Assembly: GCA_030604855.1 (NCBI GenBank)
Contig: JAUVVC010000001.1
Span: 180,001-212,000 of the forward strand
Reading direction: 5' to 3'
Source: Erysipelotrichaceae bacterium
GTDB taxonomy: Bacteria; Bacillota_I; Bacilli_A; Erysipelotrichales; Erysipelotrichaceae
Length of the DNA stretch: 32,000 nucleotides
A model generated the notes under the pieces. It made no database searches. It was given only the letters and a program-made list of their open reading frames with translations, and was not told where the DNA came from. Shown in pieces: positions 23,047-32,000 of this stretch (the first letter of the stretch is position 1; each line of letters begins with the position of its first letter). Position numbers and translations under genes: made by a program.

Positions 23047-23532
23047 ATGCTTCATACCATCAAAGTCATCAAATACAACCCGATCAAAAAATGCACTGAA
23101 CTCTGGGGAGATAATTGGATTCAAGTCAAAAAGAAACCCCTTGTTTTAATGGAGGACTATTGCAGTCATTATGGTTTGAGTGTTTCTGGCAGCCAAGGGG
23201 CCATCCGCAAACATTTGAACATTTACCATAAAGTCCCCATTTTGGTACACCCACTTTTACAGTGTTATTTTCTGCCGACGATGGCGCCCCATCATACAGA
23301 CTGTGTTTTCTTGAATGCGAAACGGATCCAAACAATTAAAGCAATTGGTTGTGATACGCTTATCGTTTTTGATGATCAAACAAGCTTGGTTGTGCATCTA
23401 GGTCATCGTGCCATCAAAAAGCAGATGCATCGTGCCCAACGCATGGCTCAGCATATCCAACGTCAGTACCAACTGGACCATTTAAGTCTTGAATCTTCGT
23501 TGAACACAGGTATAATGAGAATATTGAACTAA
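23047..23532 (+). CDS. comK: ComK-family transcription factor homologue
   Basis: KKKPLVLMEDYCSHYGLSVSGSQGAIRKHLNIYHKVPILVHPLLQCYFLPTMAPHHTDCVFLN aligns by eye with B. subtilis ComK (MKPLQIVDRSCRFFGSSYAGRKAGTYEVTKISHKPPIMVDPSNQIFLFPTLSSTRPQCGWIS). Confidence 0.65.
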   Translation: MLHTIKVIKYNPIKKCTELWGDNWIQVKKKPLVLMEDYCSHYGLSVSGSQGAIRKHLNIYHKVPILVHPLLQCYFLPTMAPHHTDCVFLNAKRIQTIKAIGCDTLIVFDDQTSLVVHLGHRAIKKQMHRAQRMAQHIQRQYQLDHLSLESSLNTGIMRILN

Positions 23533-23536
23533 AAAA

Positions 23537-24397
23537 ATGAAAAATCCACTCACCAAACACATCAAAACAAGCCTCGTCATCACGATTTCCGCGCTGATCG
23601 CAGCCATAAACATCAATGTCTTCGTCTACTCCGGAAACTTCTTTCCAGGTGGCTTTTCAGGAATATCGGTCTTGATCAATCGCTTGGGACTCCAGTATTG
23701 GAACATCGACATTCCGTATGGCATCCTCTACATCCTCTTAAACATCTTTCCAACCATCCTGGTCTTCAAGTACATCGGAAAGCGTTTTACAATGTATTCC
23801 ATCCTGCATTTTAGCTTGACCAGTATCTTCACCCTGATTCTACCGATGGTCAAACTGGAATATGACATCATCTTAATCACCATCTTTGGTGGGATCTTCG
23901 CCGGCATCAGTGTCGTCTTGGCTTTGATGCAGAATGCTTCGGGGGGTGGTACGGATTTCATTGCCATCTATGCCTCCAATCGTTATCGCAAGCCGATCTT
24001 CAATTACATCCTATATGGCAATATGGTCATTCTCTCCATCGCTGGAATCTTGTTTGGTTGGGAAGAAGCTTTGTATTCCATCATCTATCAATTCGTTGTG
24101 ACGCAGGTCATTGAATCGCGTTATCAACGTTATAAGTACATGGCTTTACACATGATTACCGAGCATCCGAATGAAGTCAGCGCTGCCATCTTCAAAACGA
24201 CCCGTCATGGCATCACGAAGATGTGGGGGGAAGGGGCTTACAGTCAGAAACCCAAATGCTTGCTTTATATGGTCGTGAATGCATTTGAAGTCAGTGATGT
24301 TGTTCAAGCTGCGAAAAGTGCGGATCCCACGATTTTTATCACCATTTCGAAAGCAGAAAAGATTGTTGGGAATTATTTCTTGAAGCCGATTGAATAA
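23537..24397 (+). CDS. YitT-family membrane protein (DUF2179 C-terminal domain)
   Basis: Five TM segments with FFPGGFSGISVL and GGGTDFIAI, and a soluble C-terminal domain. Confidence 0.75.
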   Translation: MKNPLTKHIKTSLVITISALIAAININVFVYSGNFFPGGFSGISVLINRLGLQYWNIDIPYGILYILLNIFPTILVFKYIGKRFTMYSILHFSLTSIFTLILPMVKLEYDIILITIFGGIFAGISVVLALMQNASGGGTDFIAIYASNRYRKPIFNYILYGNMVILSIAGILFGWEEALYSIIYQFVVTQVIESRYQRYKYMALHMITEHPNEVSAAIFKTTRHGITKMWGEGAYSQKPKCLLYMVVNAFEVSDVVQAAKSADPTIFITISKAEKIVGNYFLKPIE

Positions 24398-24434
24398 TGC
24401 TTGCATCAATCGGAAAAATATGTTTTAATTTTGA

Positions 24435-24575
24435 AGTCTTATCAAGAGCTGGGGTAGAGAATTAGCTCAATAACCCCACACCAACCTACAGCGATGCAAG
24501 GTGGTACTGCTAATCCACGATAAGGGATCCAAACATTTCAATGTGAAGCCCTGTCGTATGCAGGGCTTTTGTTTA
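24435..24575 (+). promoter_or_regulatory. SAM-I (S-box) riboswitch with expression-platform terminator, upstream of metK
   Basis: TCTTATCAAGAG...GGGGTAGAGAATTAGCTCAATAACCCCACACCAACC...GGTACTGCTAATCCACGATAAGG follows the S-box order (P1 CTTATC/GATAAG, CAACC, GCTAATCC). Terminator aagccctg / cagggctt plus T-tract at 24546-24575. Confidence 0.8.
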
Positions 24576-24591
24576 TGTAAGGAGGAAACAC

Positions 24592-25707
24592 ATGAGCCGT
24601 AAGTATTATTTTTCATCCGAGAGTGTCACAGACGGACATCCGGACAAAGTATGTGATCAGATTGCCGATGCGATCCTAGACGAAGCCTTGAAATTGAATC
24701 CCCATGCGAAAATGGCGGTTGAGGCAACCATTAAAGATGGTGTCGTGCTTGTCTATGGTGAGCAGAACCTCGGTCCTGATCTCAAAGATGTGAAGTTGAA
24801 TTATTCTAGAATTGCGAAAGACGTCTTGGCCGATATCGGCTTGGATGAAGATCAGTACAATGTGATCACCTTGGTGGGCGATCAATCTGCGGACATCTTC
24901 AATAAAGTCGTCTTAGGCAATGAAGTCGCAGCAGGTGACCAGGGCATCATGTTTGGTTATGCGTCGAATGAGACGGAGAACTACATGCCATTGGCCATTG
25001 ACACCGCACACAAACTTTCCAAACGTTTATCCGATTTAAAACGTGAAAATAAGCATATCCGTCCGGATGGCAAGACGCAAGTCACGGTTTTGTATGAAAA
25101 TGACAAGCCGGTTGCAATCACCAAAGTCGTTGTCTCAACGCAACACTCCGAAGCCATCAATCTTCAAGATTTGAAAGACTTGATCTTGAGTGAAGTCATC
25201 CATAAGGTCATCGATCCAAAATGGTTGACCCCTGAAACGGAATACATCGTCAATCCAGGCGGACGATTCGTCATCGGCGGTTCGTTTGGAGACAGTGGAA
25301 CCACCGGTCGTAAGATCGTCGTGGATACCTATGGAGGCATGGGACGCATCGGTGGAGGCTGCTTCAGTTCCAAAGATCCTTCCAAAGTCGACCGCAGCGC
25401 AGCGTACTACTGCCGTTATGTCGCAAAGAACATCGTTGCGAACGGCTTGGCCGATCGTTGTGAAATTCAAGTCGCTTATGCGATTGGTCTAACAAAACCA
25501 CTCTCCGTATACATCAATACCTTTGGGACAGAAAAAGTCGACATCGATGCCTTATACGCGATTGTTGAGAAGAACTTTGATTTCTCCGTATCCAACATCA
25601 TCCAAGAATTGGACCTCTTGAATCCAATCTACCGTAAGACAGCGAATTTTGGTCACTTCGGTCGTGATGGCTTCACATGGGAAGTCGTTAAAGAACTCGT
25701 TAAATAG
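24592..25707 (+). CDS. metK: S-adenosylmethionine synthetase
   Basis: ESVTDGHPDKVCDQIADAILD, GDQGIMFGYA, GGGCFSSKDPSKVDRSAAY. Confidence 0.95.
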   Translation: MSRKYYFSSESVTDGHPDKVCDQIADAILDEALKLNPHAKMAVEATIKDGVVLVYGEQNLGPDLKDVKLNYSRIAKDVLADIGLDEDQYNVITLVGDQSADIFNKVVLGNEVAAGDQGIMFGYASNETENYMPLAIDTAHKLSKRLSDLKRENKHIRPDGKTQVTVLYENDKPVAITKVVVSTQHSEAINLQDLKDLILSEVIHKVIDPKWLTPETEYIVNPGGRFVIGGSFGDSGTTGRKIVVDTYGGMGRIGGGCFSSKDPSKVDRSAAYYCRYVAKNIVANGLADRCEIQVAYAIGLTKPLSVYINTFGTEKVDIDALYAIVEKNFDFSVSNIIQELDLLNPIYRKTANFGHFGRDGFTWEVVKELVK

Positions 25708-25712
25708 TTGAA

Positions 25713-25741
25713 AGCACCTCAAATCATTGAGGTGTTTTTTT
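25713..25741 (+). terminator. rho-independent terminator after metK
   Basis: cacctcaa / ttgaggtg stem followed by T7. Confidence 0.8.
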
Positions 25742-25810
25742 AGATCCATGCTATGCCTCAAAGGGGATTTAGGGTAAAATAGGATAGGCTACGCTTAGGA
25801 AGGAATCTCT

Positions 25811-27418
25811 ATGACCATCACACAACTACTGGGTCAAAACCGTAAACAATTCTTCCGCTACATCATCGGTGCCTTGCTTACCACGGTCAATGGCTTAAGT
25901 CAAACCTTTGCCTTATCCATTGCCTTTGGCATCATCGAAGCACCCGATTCATCCATTGCATTACGACTTTTCGGCATGTTTTTCTTTGCCATCCTACCGA
26001 TACCGCTTCAATACCTTTCACGTTTTCTACGCATTGGTTTCATGCGTGATGTCTTGATTCAAGTCCGCTCAATGGCCTATCAAAAAATCATGCATCGTCC
26101 AATTGAAGTCTTCAAGAAACAATCCAAAGAGAGTGCCATGGCCATGGTGGTCTCCGACATCAACTTGTTTGAGAAAGACTTCTTTTTAGCCATCCTGAAC
26201 ATCGTCTTCAGTTTCGGGAGCTTCATCATCGGTGAGATCATTCTCTTCATCATTTCTCCAACCATCGGCTTTGGGACTTTGATCGCAAGCAGTCTGCTTT
26301 ACATCGTTGTTCGATTCTTTGAGAAGCCGACACGTGAGATCAAGCGCTTGACGCAAGAAGCGCATGTGGATTACACAAAGCAGTTGACCAATGTTTTACG
26401 GGGCTTGGAAGTCATCAAACTGTATCGTGTTGAATTGAACTTTAAGAAACCGTTCTATCAGATCGTCCAACATCTGGAGAACATCAAGCAGAAGGCCTTT
26501 CGTTTGGATGAGTACCAAAGCAATCTCAATGTGTGGATTGCATCCAGTTATCAGACCTTGGTATACATCTATGCGACTTATCTCTTCATTCAGAATGAAC
26601 TGTCTTTGACATCTTTGATTCTGGTTTTCAATTTGATTGGTCAGTTGATATGGGGCATGATCAACGGCTTCAATTTCATCAATCGCTTCAAAGCATCCAT
26701 GGATATCTTTGAGCGCATCACCAAGCTTGAGCAATATCCCTATGGAAACAAAGCGTTCAGCTTGAAATCTGGTTTATGTGTGAAGAATCTATCGTTCGCA
26801 TATGAGGATAAATTGGTTCTGGATCAGGTCAATTTTGAAATCAAGCCAAAAGACAAGATTCTGATCACCGGTCCGTCCGGTGCCGGGAAGACGACGCTGC
26901 TGAACTGTTTATCGCAAAGTCTGTCGACCTATAGCGGTGAAGTTCTATACGATCAGAGTGAAGTCAGAGACATCGATCCGAATGCGTTTTTGGCGAACTG
27001 CGGTTACATCCGTCAGAATCATTTCCTCTTCAATGACACGATCCAACAAAACATCATTTTGAATCAAAAGTATGATGAGGCGAAGTTCAAACTGTGTCTC
27101 AAACAAGCCGCGCTGAGTGAATGGATTGAAAGTTTGGACATGAAAGCTTTGCATAAGCTTGAACAGGATGGAACCAACATCTCAGGGGGTCAACGTCAAC
27201 GCATCAGCATTGCCCGAGCACTCTATCATGATAAGGATGTGTTGTTTGTGGATGAACCCTCTGCAAGCTTGGATGATCAAACTGCTTTGACCATCTATGA
27301 AACCTTAATGGCATTGGATAAGACCATCATCTTGGTGGCCCATCGTCATCTCGATTATCTCAATCAACGTTTCACCAAACGATTGGAACTGAAGAAAGCA
27401 GGTGCGCATCATGCATAA
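25811..27418 (+). CDS. ABC exporter half-transporter (TMD-NBD), subunit 1
   Basis: A six-TM N-terminal domain; Walker A GPSGAGKTT, signature ISGGQRQRISIARAL, Walker B LFVDEPSASLD, H-loop VAHR. Confidence 0.85.
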   Translation: MTITQLLGQNRKQFFRYIIGALLTTVNGLSQTFALSIAFGIIEAPDSSIALRLFGMFFFAILPIPLQYLSRFLRIGFMRDVLIQVRSMAYQKIMHRPIEVFKKQSKESAMAMVVSDINLFEKDFFLAILNIVFSFGSFIIGEIILFIISPTIGFGTLIASSLLYIVVRFFEKPTREIKRLTQEAHVDYTKQLTNVLRGLEVIKLYRVELNFKKPFYQIVQHLENIKQKAFRLDEYQSNLNVWIASSYQTLVYIYATYLFIQNELSLTSLILVFNLIGQLIWGMINGFNFINRFKASMDIFERITKLEQYPYGNKAFSLKSGLCVKNLSFAYEDKLVLDQVNFEIKPKDKILITGPSGAGKTTLLNCLSQSLSTYSGEVLYDQSEVRDIDPNAFLANCGYIRQNHFLFNDTIQQNIILNQKYDEAKFKLCLKQAALSEWIESLDMKALHKLEQDGTNISGGQRQRISIARALYHDKDVLFVDEPSASLDDQTALTIYETLMALDKTIILVAHRHLDYLNQRFTKRLELKKAGAHHA

Positions 27419-29051
27419 ACAGGCTTATGGTTCAAAACTTTGGTTAGGCATCATCACCCTCTACATGATCTCCATCACCGCTTTGCATGGATACAGCATC
27501 TACCTGCTTCGTTTCATCACCGATTATGGTCTGGCGCGTGAGATGGATAAATTGGTGGATGTGGCGATCCGGATGCTCGTCATCCTTGCGATCCTCTTGG
27601 TATTGGAGTTAATCGGCACACCGCTACGTTCCTTGTATCTTTCAAAAAGCATGGTTCAGATGAAACAAGCCTACATCGATCGTGTCTTGGACCAAGACAT
27701 CACCCAGGTCCAAAAGGAGCAGGTGAACCGTTATCTCTCGAATCTGACCAATGATTTCGATCGTTATGAACAGAAGTACATTAAGAATTTGATGCAGCTG
27801 ATATTTGTGGGACTGCGCTTCGGCATGTCCGTTGTCTTGTTGGCTATGGTGCATTGGGGCTTGGTCGTGGTCTCCATGGTTTTGCTGGTTGTTTTTGTGA
27901 AGTTCACCTCACGAACAAGTAAGCCGGTTCAAAAGACCGAAGCCAAGAAGTCGGCTTCGCTTGAAGCGTATACGGATTTCGTGAGTGAGAGCCTTCAAGG
28001 TTTCGAAATCATCAAACAACACCAATTGGAATCCGATCGTTACGATGCCTTCCATGCGCATGCGGTAGCGGTCCAAAGTGACAACTACAAGGTCGATGTC
28101 AAGACAACACAAGTCGACGCCTTGAACAATCTCGTTCAAACCTTGGTCATGTTCACCTTAATTGGAGGTGGCATTTTGGTCGCACGCTCCACAGCACTCT
28201 CTTTAGGTAGTCTGATCGTCATCGTATCAAGTTTCGGCAATGCGATGTGGCCATTATCGGAATTCAGTCCTTTGCTTTCGCAGATGAAGGGGATTTCACA
28301 GGTTCTGATTGATTTTGAAAAGAATCTGACCCGGCCTGTGTATCATCGACCCATCCATGTCCAAAGCTTTGAGAAACTGAGTTTTGATGACAATGATCTG
28401 GGTTATCCCGATGAAGAGGCATCCATTCTTCAAGCGGTCAATTTGAGTATTGAAGCGGGTGAGAAGGTCTTGATCGTAGGACGCAGTGGGTCTGGTAAGA
28501 GTACCTTGCTTAAGACCTTACGTCAATCCTTAGTTCCCAAAAAAGGTTCGATCACTTTGAATCAAAATGATATCCAAAGCATCGATCCTCATGACTACCA
28601 TCGCCTTTTCTCTACCGTCGATCAAATCGGTTTCATCTTCAATGGCAGTGTGAAAGACAATCTTGATCTGTATCAAGCCATGGATCCAAGCATTCTCATC
28701 AATGCGATGCGACAGGTTGGTTTGGATAGTTTGGATTTAAATCAGTTGTTGATAAACAATGGTTCGAATCTATCCGGGGGTCAACGTGCACGCTTGATGT
28801 TGGCACGTGCCTTGTGTTTGGACAGTTCGATCATTCTCTGTGATGAGATCTTTGCGAATCTTGAATACAGCATCGCCAAAAGTATTGAAGCGGATCTGTT
28901 GAAGGTCAAGAAGACACTCATCAATGTCAGTCATATCATCTTCAAAGAAAGCCTGGACCGCTATGATCGCGTCTTCATTGTTGAAGAAGGCAAGGTTCAG
29001 GAAAGTCATGATCTCAGCCAAATCTGGTCACGGATGTTGGATGAAAATTAA
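27411..29051 (+). CDS. ABC exporter half-transporter (TMD-NBD), subunit 2
   Basis: Walker A GRSGSGKST, signature LSGGQRARLMLARAL, Walker B/D-loop ILCDEIFANLE, switch NVSHI. ATG 27411 lies 6 nt after AGGTG and overlaps subunit 1 by 8 nt. Confidence 0.85.
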   Translation: MHKQAYGSKLWLGIITLYMISITALHGYSIYLLRFITDYGLAREMDKLVDVAIRMLVILAILLVLELIGTPLRSLYLSKSMVQMKQAYIDRVLDQDITQVQKEQVNRYLSNLTNDFDRYEQKYIKNLMQLIFVGLRFGMSVVLLAMVHWGLVVVSMVLLVVFVKFTSRTSKPVQKTEAKKSASLEAYTDFVSESLQGFEIIKQHQLESDRYDAFHAHAVAVQSDNYKVDVKTTQVDALNNLVQTLVMFTLIGGGILVARSTALSLGSLIVIVSSFGNAMWPLSEFSPLLSQMKGISQVLIDFEKNLTRPVYHRPIHVQSFEKLSFDDNDLGYPDEEASILQAVNLSIEAGEKVLIVGRSGSGKSTLLKTLRQSLVPKKGSITLNQNDIQSIDPHDYHRLFSTVDQIGFIFNGSVKDNLDLYQAMDPSILINAMRQVGLDSLDLNQLLINNGSNLSGGQRARLMLARALCLDSSIILCDEIFANLEYSIAKSIEADLLKVKKTLINVSHIIFKESLDRYDRVFIVEEGKVQESHDLSQIWSRMLDEN

Positions 29052-29084
29052 AAAGGAAATCGTTGGATTTCCTTTCTTTTTATT
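29052..29084. terminator. bidirectional terminator between the convergent ABC operons
   Basis: A 10-bp stem, aaaggaaatc / gatttccttt, with loop gttg and T/A runs on both sides. Confidence 0.8.
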
Positions 29085-30243
29085 CAAAGCGCAAGGCTTC
29101 GACGGGTTCAAGTTTACTGGCGGTATACGCAGGATAGAGACCAAACACCACCCCGATCGACAAGGAGAAGACCAAGGAAAGCAAGACGGCATCCAAGCCG
29201 AGAATGACATTGAAATCCGTGATGTAGGTGATCAATAAAGTCCCTAAGTAACTGATGGCTAAACCAAGGATGCCACCGAGACTGGTGATGATGACGGCTT
29301 CGATCAAGAATTGAGCCAAGATCTGCGACTGACGGGCACCCAAGGCTTTGCGGATGCCGATCTCTTTGGTGCGCTCTCGCACCGTGACCAACATGATGTT
29401 CATAATGCCGATGCCACCGACGATCAAGGAGATTGAAGCGATACCGGATAACAAGGTTGTAAGCAGAGCCATCAAGGTGTCCAAGACACCGAGGATCTGG
29501 GTTTGCGAGAAGGCACGATAGCTGTTCTCGGAAGGCATGATGGTTTCCAAATAAGTCAGGACACGATTCAGAGTCAAATCCACCGTGTCTTCGGAAGCTG
29601 CTTCGATGTAGAAGGTTTTATTGCGTGTGTTGAAGCCACTCATGCGACTTGCGAAACGCATGGGGACATAGACCATCAAGTCATTGTCGCCACTGAAGTT
29701 GGTGCCACGCTCTTCAGCCACTCCGACGACGGTGAAAGGCATGCCTTTGATCATCAGGGTTGAACCGATGACTTCTTGATTGGGAAGAAGCAGACCTGGT
29801 ATCTTGGATCCCAAGACGACGACGGGGGAATCATACGCTAAATCATACTCGTTGAGGAAACGACCTGTGGTCATGTCCAAACTGTTGATGGACGCATACT
29901 TATCGTTCACCCCACTGATGGACACATCCACCGCCTGACCTTCAATCGTATAACGGACTTGCGAGGAAACCAATTGGGAATAGTTTTTGATGAGTGCGGC
30001 ATCCTTGATGTTTTCAAGCCAATCGTTGGGCAGGCTGCCTTCACGGTCGGTGATGTTCACAAAGATCAGATTGGATCCGATGCCACGGATCTGATTGGCG
30101 GCTTCTTCACGTGCGCTGTTGCCCAAGGACATGAGCAAGATCACGGAAGATACGCCGATGATGACACCGAGGGTCGTCAAGAGGGCACGGATCTTATGTG
30201 CCAATACGGAGCGGATGGCAATCGCGAAGTACTCTTTAAGCAT
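29080..30243 (-). CDS. MacB/FtsX-family ABC transporter permease
   Basis: [35 protein letters not shown], an extracytoplasmic domain and a C-terminal FtsX 3-TM bundle (ERTKEIGIRKALGA). Start trimmed to ATG 30243, an 8-nt overlap with the ATPase gene. Confidence 0.85.
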   Translation of the reverse strand: MLKEYFAIAIRSVLAHKIRALLTTLGVIIGVSSVILLMSLGNSAREEAANQIRGIGSNLIFVNITDREGSLPNDWLENIKDAALIKNYSQLVSSQVRYTIEGQAVDVSISGVNDKYASINSLDMTTGRFLNEYDLAYDSPVVVLGSKIPGLLLPNQEVIGSTLMIKGMPFTVVGVAEERGTNFSGDNDLMVYVPMRFASRMSGFNTRNKTFYIEAASEDTVDLTLNRVLTYLETIMPSENSYRAFSQTQILGVLDTLMALLTTLLSGIASISLIVGGIGIMNIMLVTVRERTKEIGIRKALGARQSQILAQFLIEAVIITSLGGILGLAISYLGTLLITYITDFNVILGLDAVLLSLVFSLSIGVVFGLYPAYTASKLEPVEALRFE

Positions 30244-30919
30244 GGTGTTGTACCTCATCTTGGATGACTTTGCCATCACGTAAGGTGATGATGCGATTGG
30301 TGTTCTTTGCGACTTCCAAATCATGCGTGATGATGATGACGGTCTTCCCGCTTTGATTCAGTTTCTTCAACTGATTCAAGACTTCATGACCGGTCGTGGT
30401 ATCCAAGGCTCCTGTGGGCTCATCCGCCAAGATGATGGCGGGATTGTTCGCAAGCGCACGTGCAATGGAGACCCGTTGTTGCTGGCCACCCGAGAGCTCG
30501 GTGGGTTTATGATCCATACGATCGCCTAAGCCCACAAGATTCAAAAGTGCTTCGGCTTTTTCTTCACGTTTCTGTTTGGAGACTTTGGCATAGGTCATCG
30601 GCATCATGACGTTCTCAATCGCTGTAAAATTATTCAAGAGGTTGAACTGTTGAAAGACAAAACCAATCTGTTGGTTTCGAATGTCCGCAAGTTCATCTTG
30701 ATCATAGTCTTTGATGGATATCTTATTCAGTTCATACAAACCACTGGTGACGACATCCAGACAACCAATGATGTTCATCAGTGTGGATTTGCCGCTGCCG
30801 GAAGGTCCGACGATGGCCACCATTTCACCTTCTTCGATTTGGATATCGATGCCATCCAAAGCTTTGACGACGTTATCGCCCATGAGATAACGTTTCGTTA
30901 CGTTTTCGAGGCGGATCAT
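30236..30919 (-). CDS. MacB/LolD-type ABC transporter ATP-binding protein
   Basis: [42 protein letters not shown]. Confidence 0.9.
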   Translation of the reverse strand: MIRLENVTKRYLMGDNVVKALDGIDIQIEEGEMVAIVGPSGSGKSTLMNIIGCLDVVTSGLYELNKISIKDYDQDELADIRNQQIGFVFQQFNLLNNFTAIENVMMPMTYAKVSKQKREEKAEALLNLVGLGDRMDHKPTELSGGQQQRVSIARALANNPAIILADEPTGALDTTTGHEVLNQLKKLNQSGKTVIIITHDLEVAKNTNRIITLRDGKVIQDEVQHHA

Positions 30920-32000
30920 TGATTCCCAATGATTGGGAAGAGGGAAGTCTTTTCAATGATGAGGACTTCTTTGCCTTCCAAATCCGCTCCGATCACTTCG
31001 ACATAAAAGGCATCGGCTAAACCAGTTTCAATGGGCAAATAATATTCAGATTGAGGACGACGACTGTTTTCAAGCCATTCTGCAGAGACCAGATAACGCT
31101 GTGTTCCTTCGGTAACGATGGCTTCAAAGGGTACGATCAAGATGTTTTCTTTAGTGTTGGTGATGATGGACGCACTACCGCTCATGCCCAAAAAGACAGT
31201 CGCATCCGCCGCATCGAATTCGATGGTCACAGGATAGGTCGTATAGTCTAGATTCGTGTTGCCGACATAAGCGATTTTCACGATCGAACCCTCAAAATGA
31301 CGATCGATGGCTTCGATGTAGATGTCCGCACTTTGACCGATGGAGATTTTGTGAATATCGGTTTCCGTAATGTCTACGGTCAGCTCCAAGGCTACAGGAT
31401 CGGCTATGACGAAACCGGTACTGAGACCGCTTGGAATGGAGGTGATGATGCCATCGCGTGTGGCGACGATCTTCACATTTGTTTTTAAGCTGGATTGATA
31501 TTCACCCAGTTTCTGATTCTTAGTAACGACATCGCCAACTTTGACATCGATTTTAGTCAAGCTGCCATCAATGGTGACACGTGTCTCTTGCGCAGCTTCC
31601 AGCTTACCATGGACAAAATAATCCCCATAGCCTTCCAGTTGCATCTTGCTGACGGCACTCATGCCGACGCGGACTTTGCTGGTATCCCCATCAAAACTAA
31701 GCGTGACGCCAAAGGTGCTTTGAGGACCCAGGATGGTAGCGACTTGATTGATCTTGGTAACGGAACCGTAAAAGGTTTGATCGATGGCAGAAACATAAAT
31801 TTCCGCATACTGTCCCAGTGAAACACGTTTGAGTTCGGTTTCTGGGAGTTGAATGACCATTTTGTATTGATTGGATCCAGCAATCGTCAAGGTCGAACCC
31901 AAGGCACTGGGGACTTCGGTCACCACGCCACTGACGGGGGCATATAAGCTGTTCGTGCTGGATTGACGTGTGTATTCCCCGAGAATGTCTCCTTTGCTTA
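30916..32000 (-). CDS. HlyD/MacA-family efflux adaptor (membrane-fusion) protein, C-terminal part; N-terminus beyond the window end
   Basis: The frame stays open upstream of the track GTG (31926) to base 32000: ...SKGDILGEYTRQSSTNSLYAPVSGVVTEVPS..., a lipoyl-hairpin motif typical of adaptor proteins. ATGA-type overlap with the ATPase gene. Confidence 0.8.
   Translation of the reverse strand, partial: SKGDILGEYTRQSSTNSLYAPVSGVVTEVPSALGSTLTIAGSNQYKMVIQLPETELKRVSLGQYAEIYVSAIDQTFYGSVTKINQVATILGPQSTFGVTLSFDGDTSKVRVGMSAVSKMQLEGYGDYFVHGKLEAAQETRVTIDGSLTKIDVKVGDVVTKNQKLGEYQSSLKTNVKIVATRDGIITSIPSGLSTGFVIADPVALELTVDITETDIHKISIGQSADIYIEAIDRHFEGSIVKIAYVGNTNLDYTTYPVTIEFDAADATVFLGMSGSASIITNTKENILIVPFEAIVTEGTQRYLVSAEWLENSRRPQSEYYLPIETGLADAFYVEVIGADLEGKEVLIIEKTSLFPIIGNQ

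Noticed and set aside
28924-29238. Track ORFs 28924..29238 (+) and 29028..29210 (-) spanning the ABC/MacB junction.
   Set aside because: They run through a strong bidirectional terminator and overlap two well-supported convergent genes out of frame.
1538-30324. Longer N-terminal extensions given in the ORF track (starts at 1538, 1603, 7801, 12911, 13008, 14044, 19232, 22450, 27402, 30324).
   Set aside because: In each case an internal ATG has a properly spaced SD and yields the conserved family N-terminus. The longer versions lack an SD or overlap neighbouring genes or promoters.
1-32000. Search by eye for tRNA/rRNA genes, transposase/integrase genes, group II intron or retron-like structures, and long tandem repeats.
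   Set aside because: I found none. All long ORFs are accounted for by other families, and intergenic regions are short (260 bp or less) and explained by promoters, leaders and terminators.

Overview
The window looks like a chromosomal segment from a low-GC Gram-positive-type bacterium, possibly Erysipelotrichia- or Acholeplasma-like; that taxon guess is inference from gene content and signals only. Housekeeping content: proS; an L20-leader-infC-rpmI-rplT operon in which infC appears to start at ATA; rdgB; trmL; and a SAM-riboswitch-controlled metK. Other ordinary genes are a B12-type radical SAM enzyme, a RidA homologue, a ComK-like factor, a YitT membrane protein, a heterodimeric ABC exporter and a convergent MacA/MacB-like efflux operon that runs off the 3' edge. 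Two accessory patches interrupt this. Patch A (1-5320) holds a truncated MazF/PemK-like toxin with no upstream antitoxin, an MccF/LdcA-type S66 peptidase, a stand-alone vWA protein, a HigB toxin paired with a HigA HTH fused to an ImmA/IrrE (M78) peptidase domain, an isolated 71-aa membrane ORF, HicA/HicB and a GNAT. Patch B (8925-11170) holds an AT-rich Phd/ParE cassette bracketed by copies of a 21-bp repeat. It is followed by an SD-less, probably leaderless, gene for an AAA+ ATPase with a C-terminal PD-(D/E)xK-like motif, whose promoter is covered by the same phased repeat. My best candidates for something undescribed are (1) the HigB + HigA::M78 module, (2) the repeat-controlled ATPase/nuclease-like gene with its bracketed TA cassette, and (3) a single-polypeptide fusion of a DUF1461/TIGR01906 (Lit-like) domain with a TraX-like acyltransferase domain. 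I found no rRNA, tRNA, CRISPR array, transposase or integrase. All family assignments come from reading motifs by eye; no database search was run.
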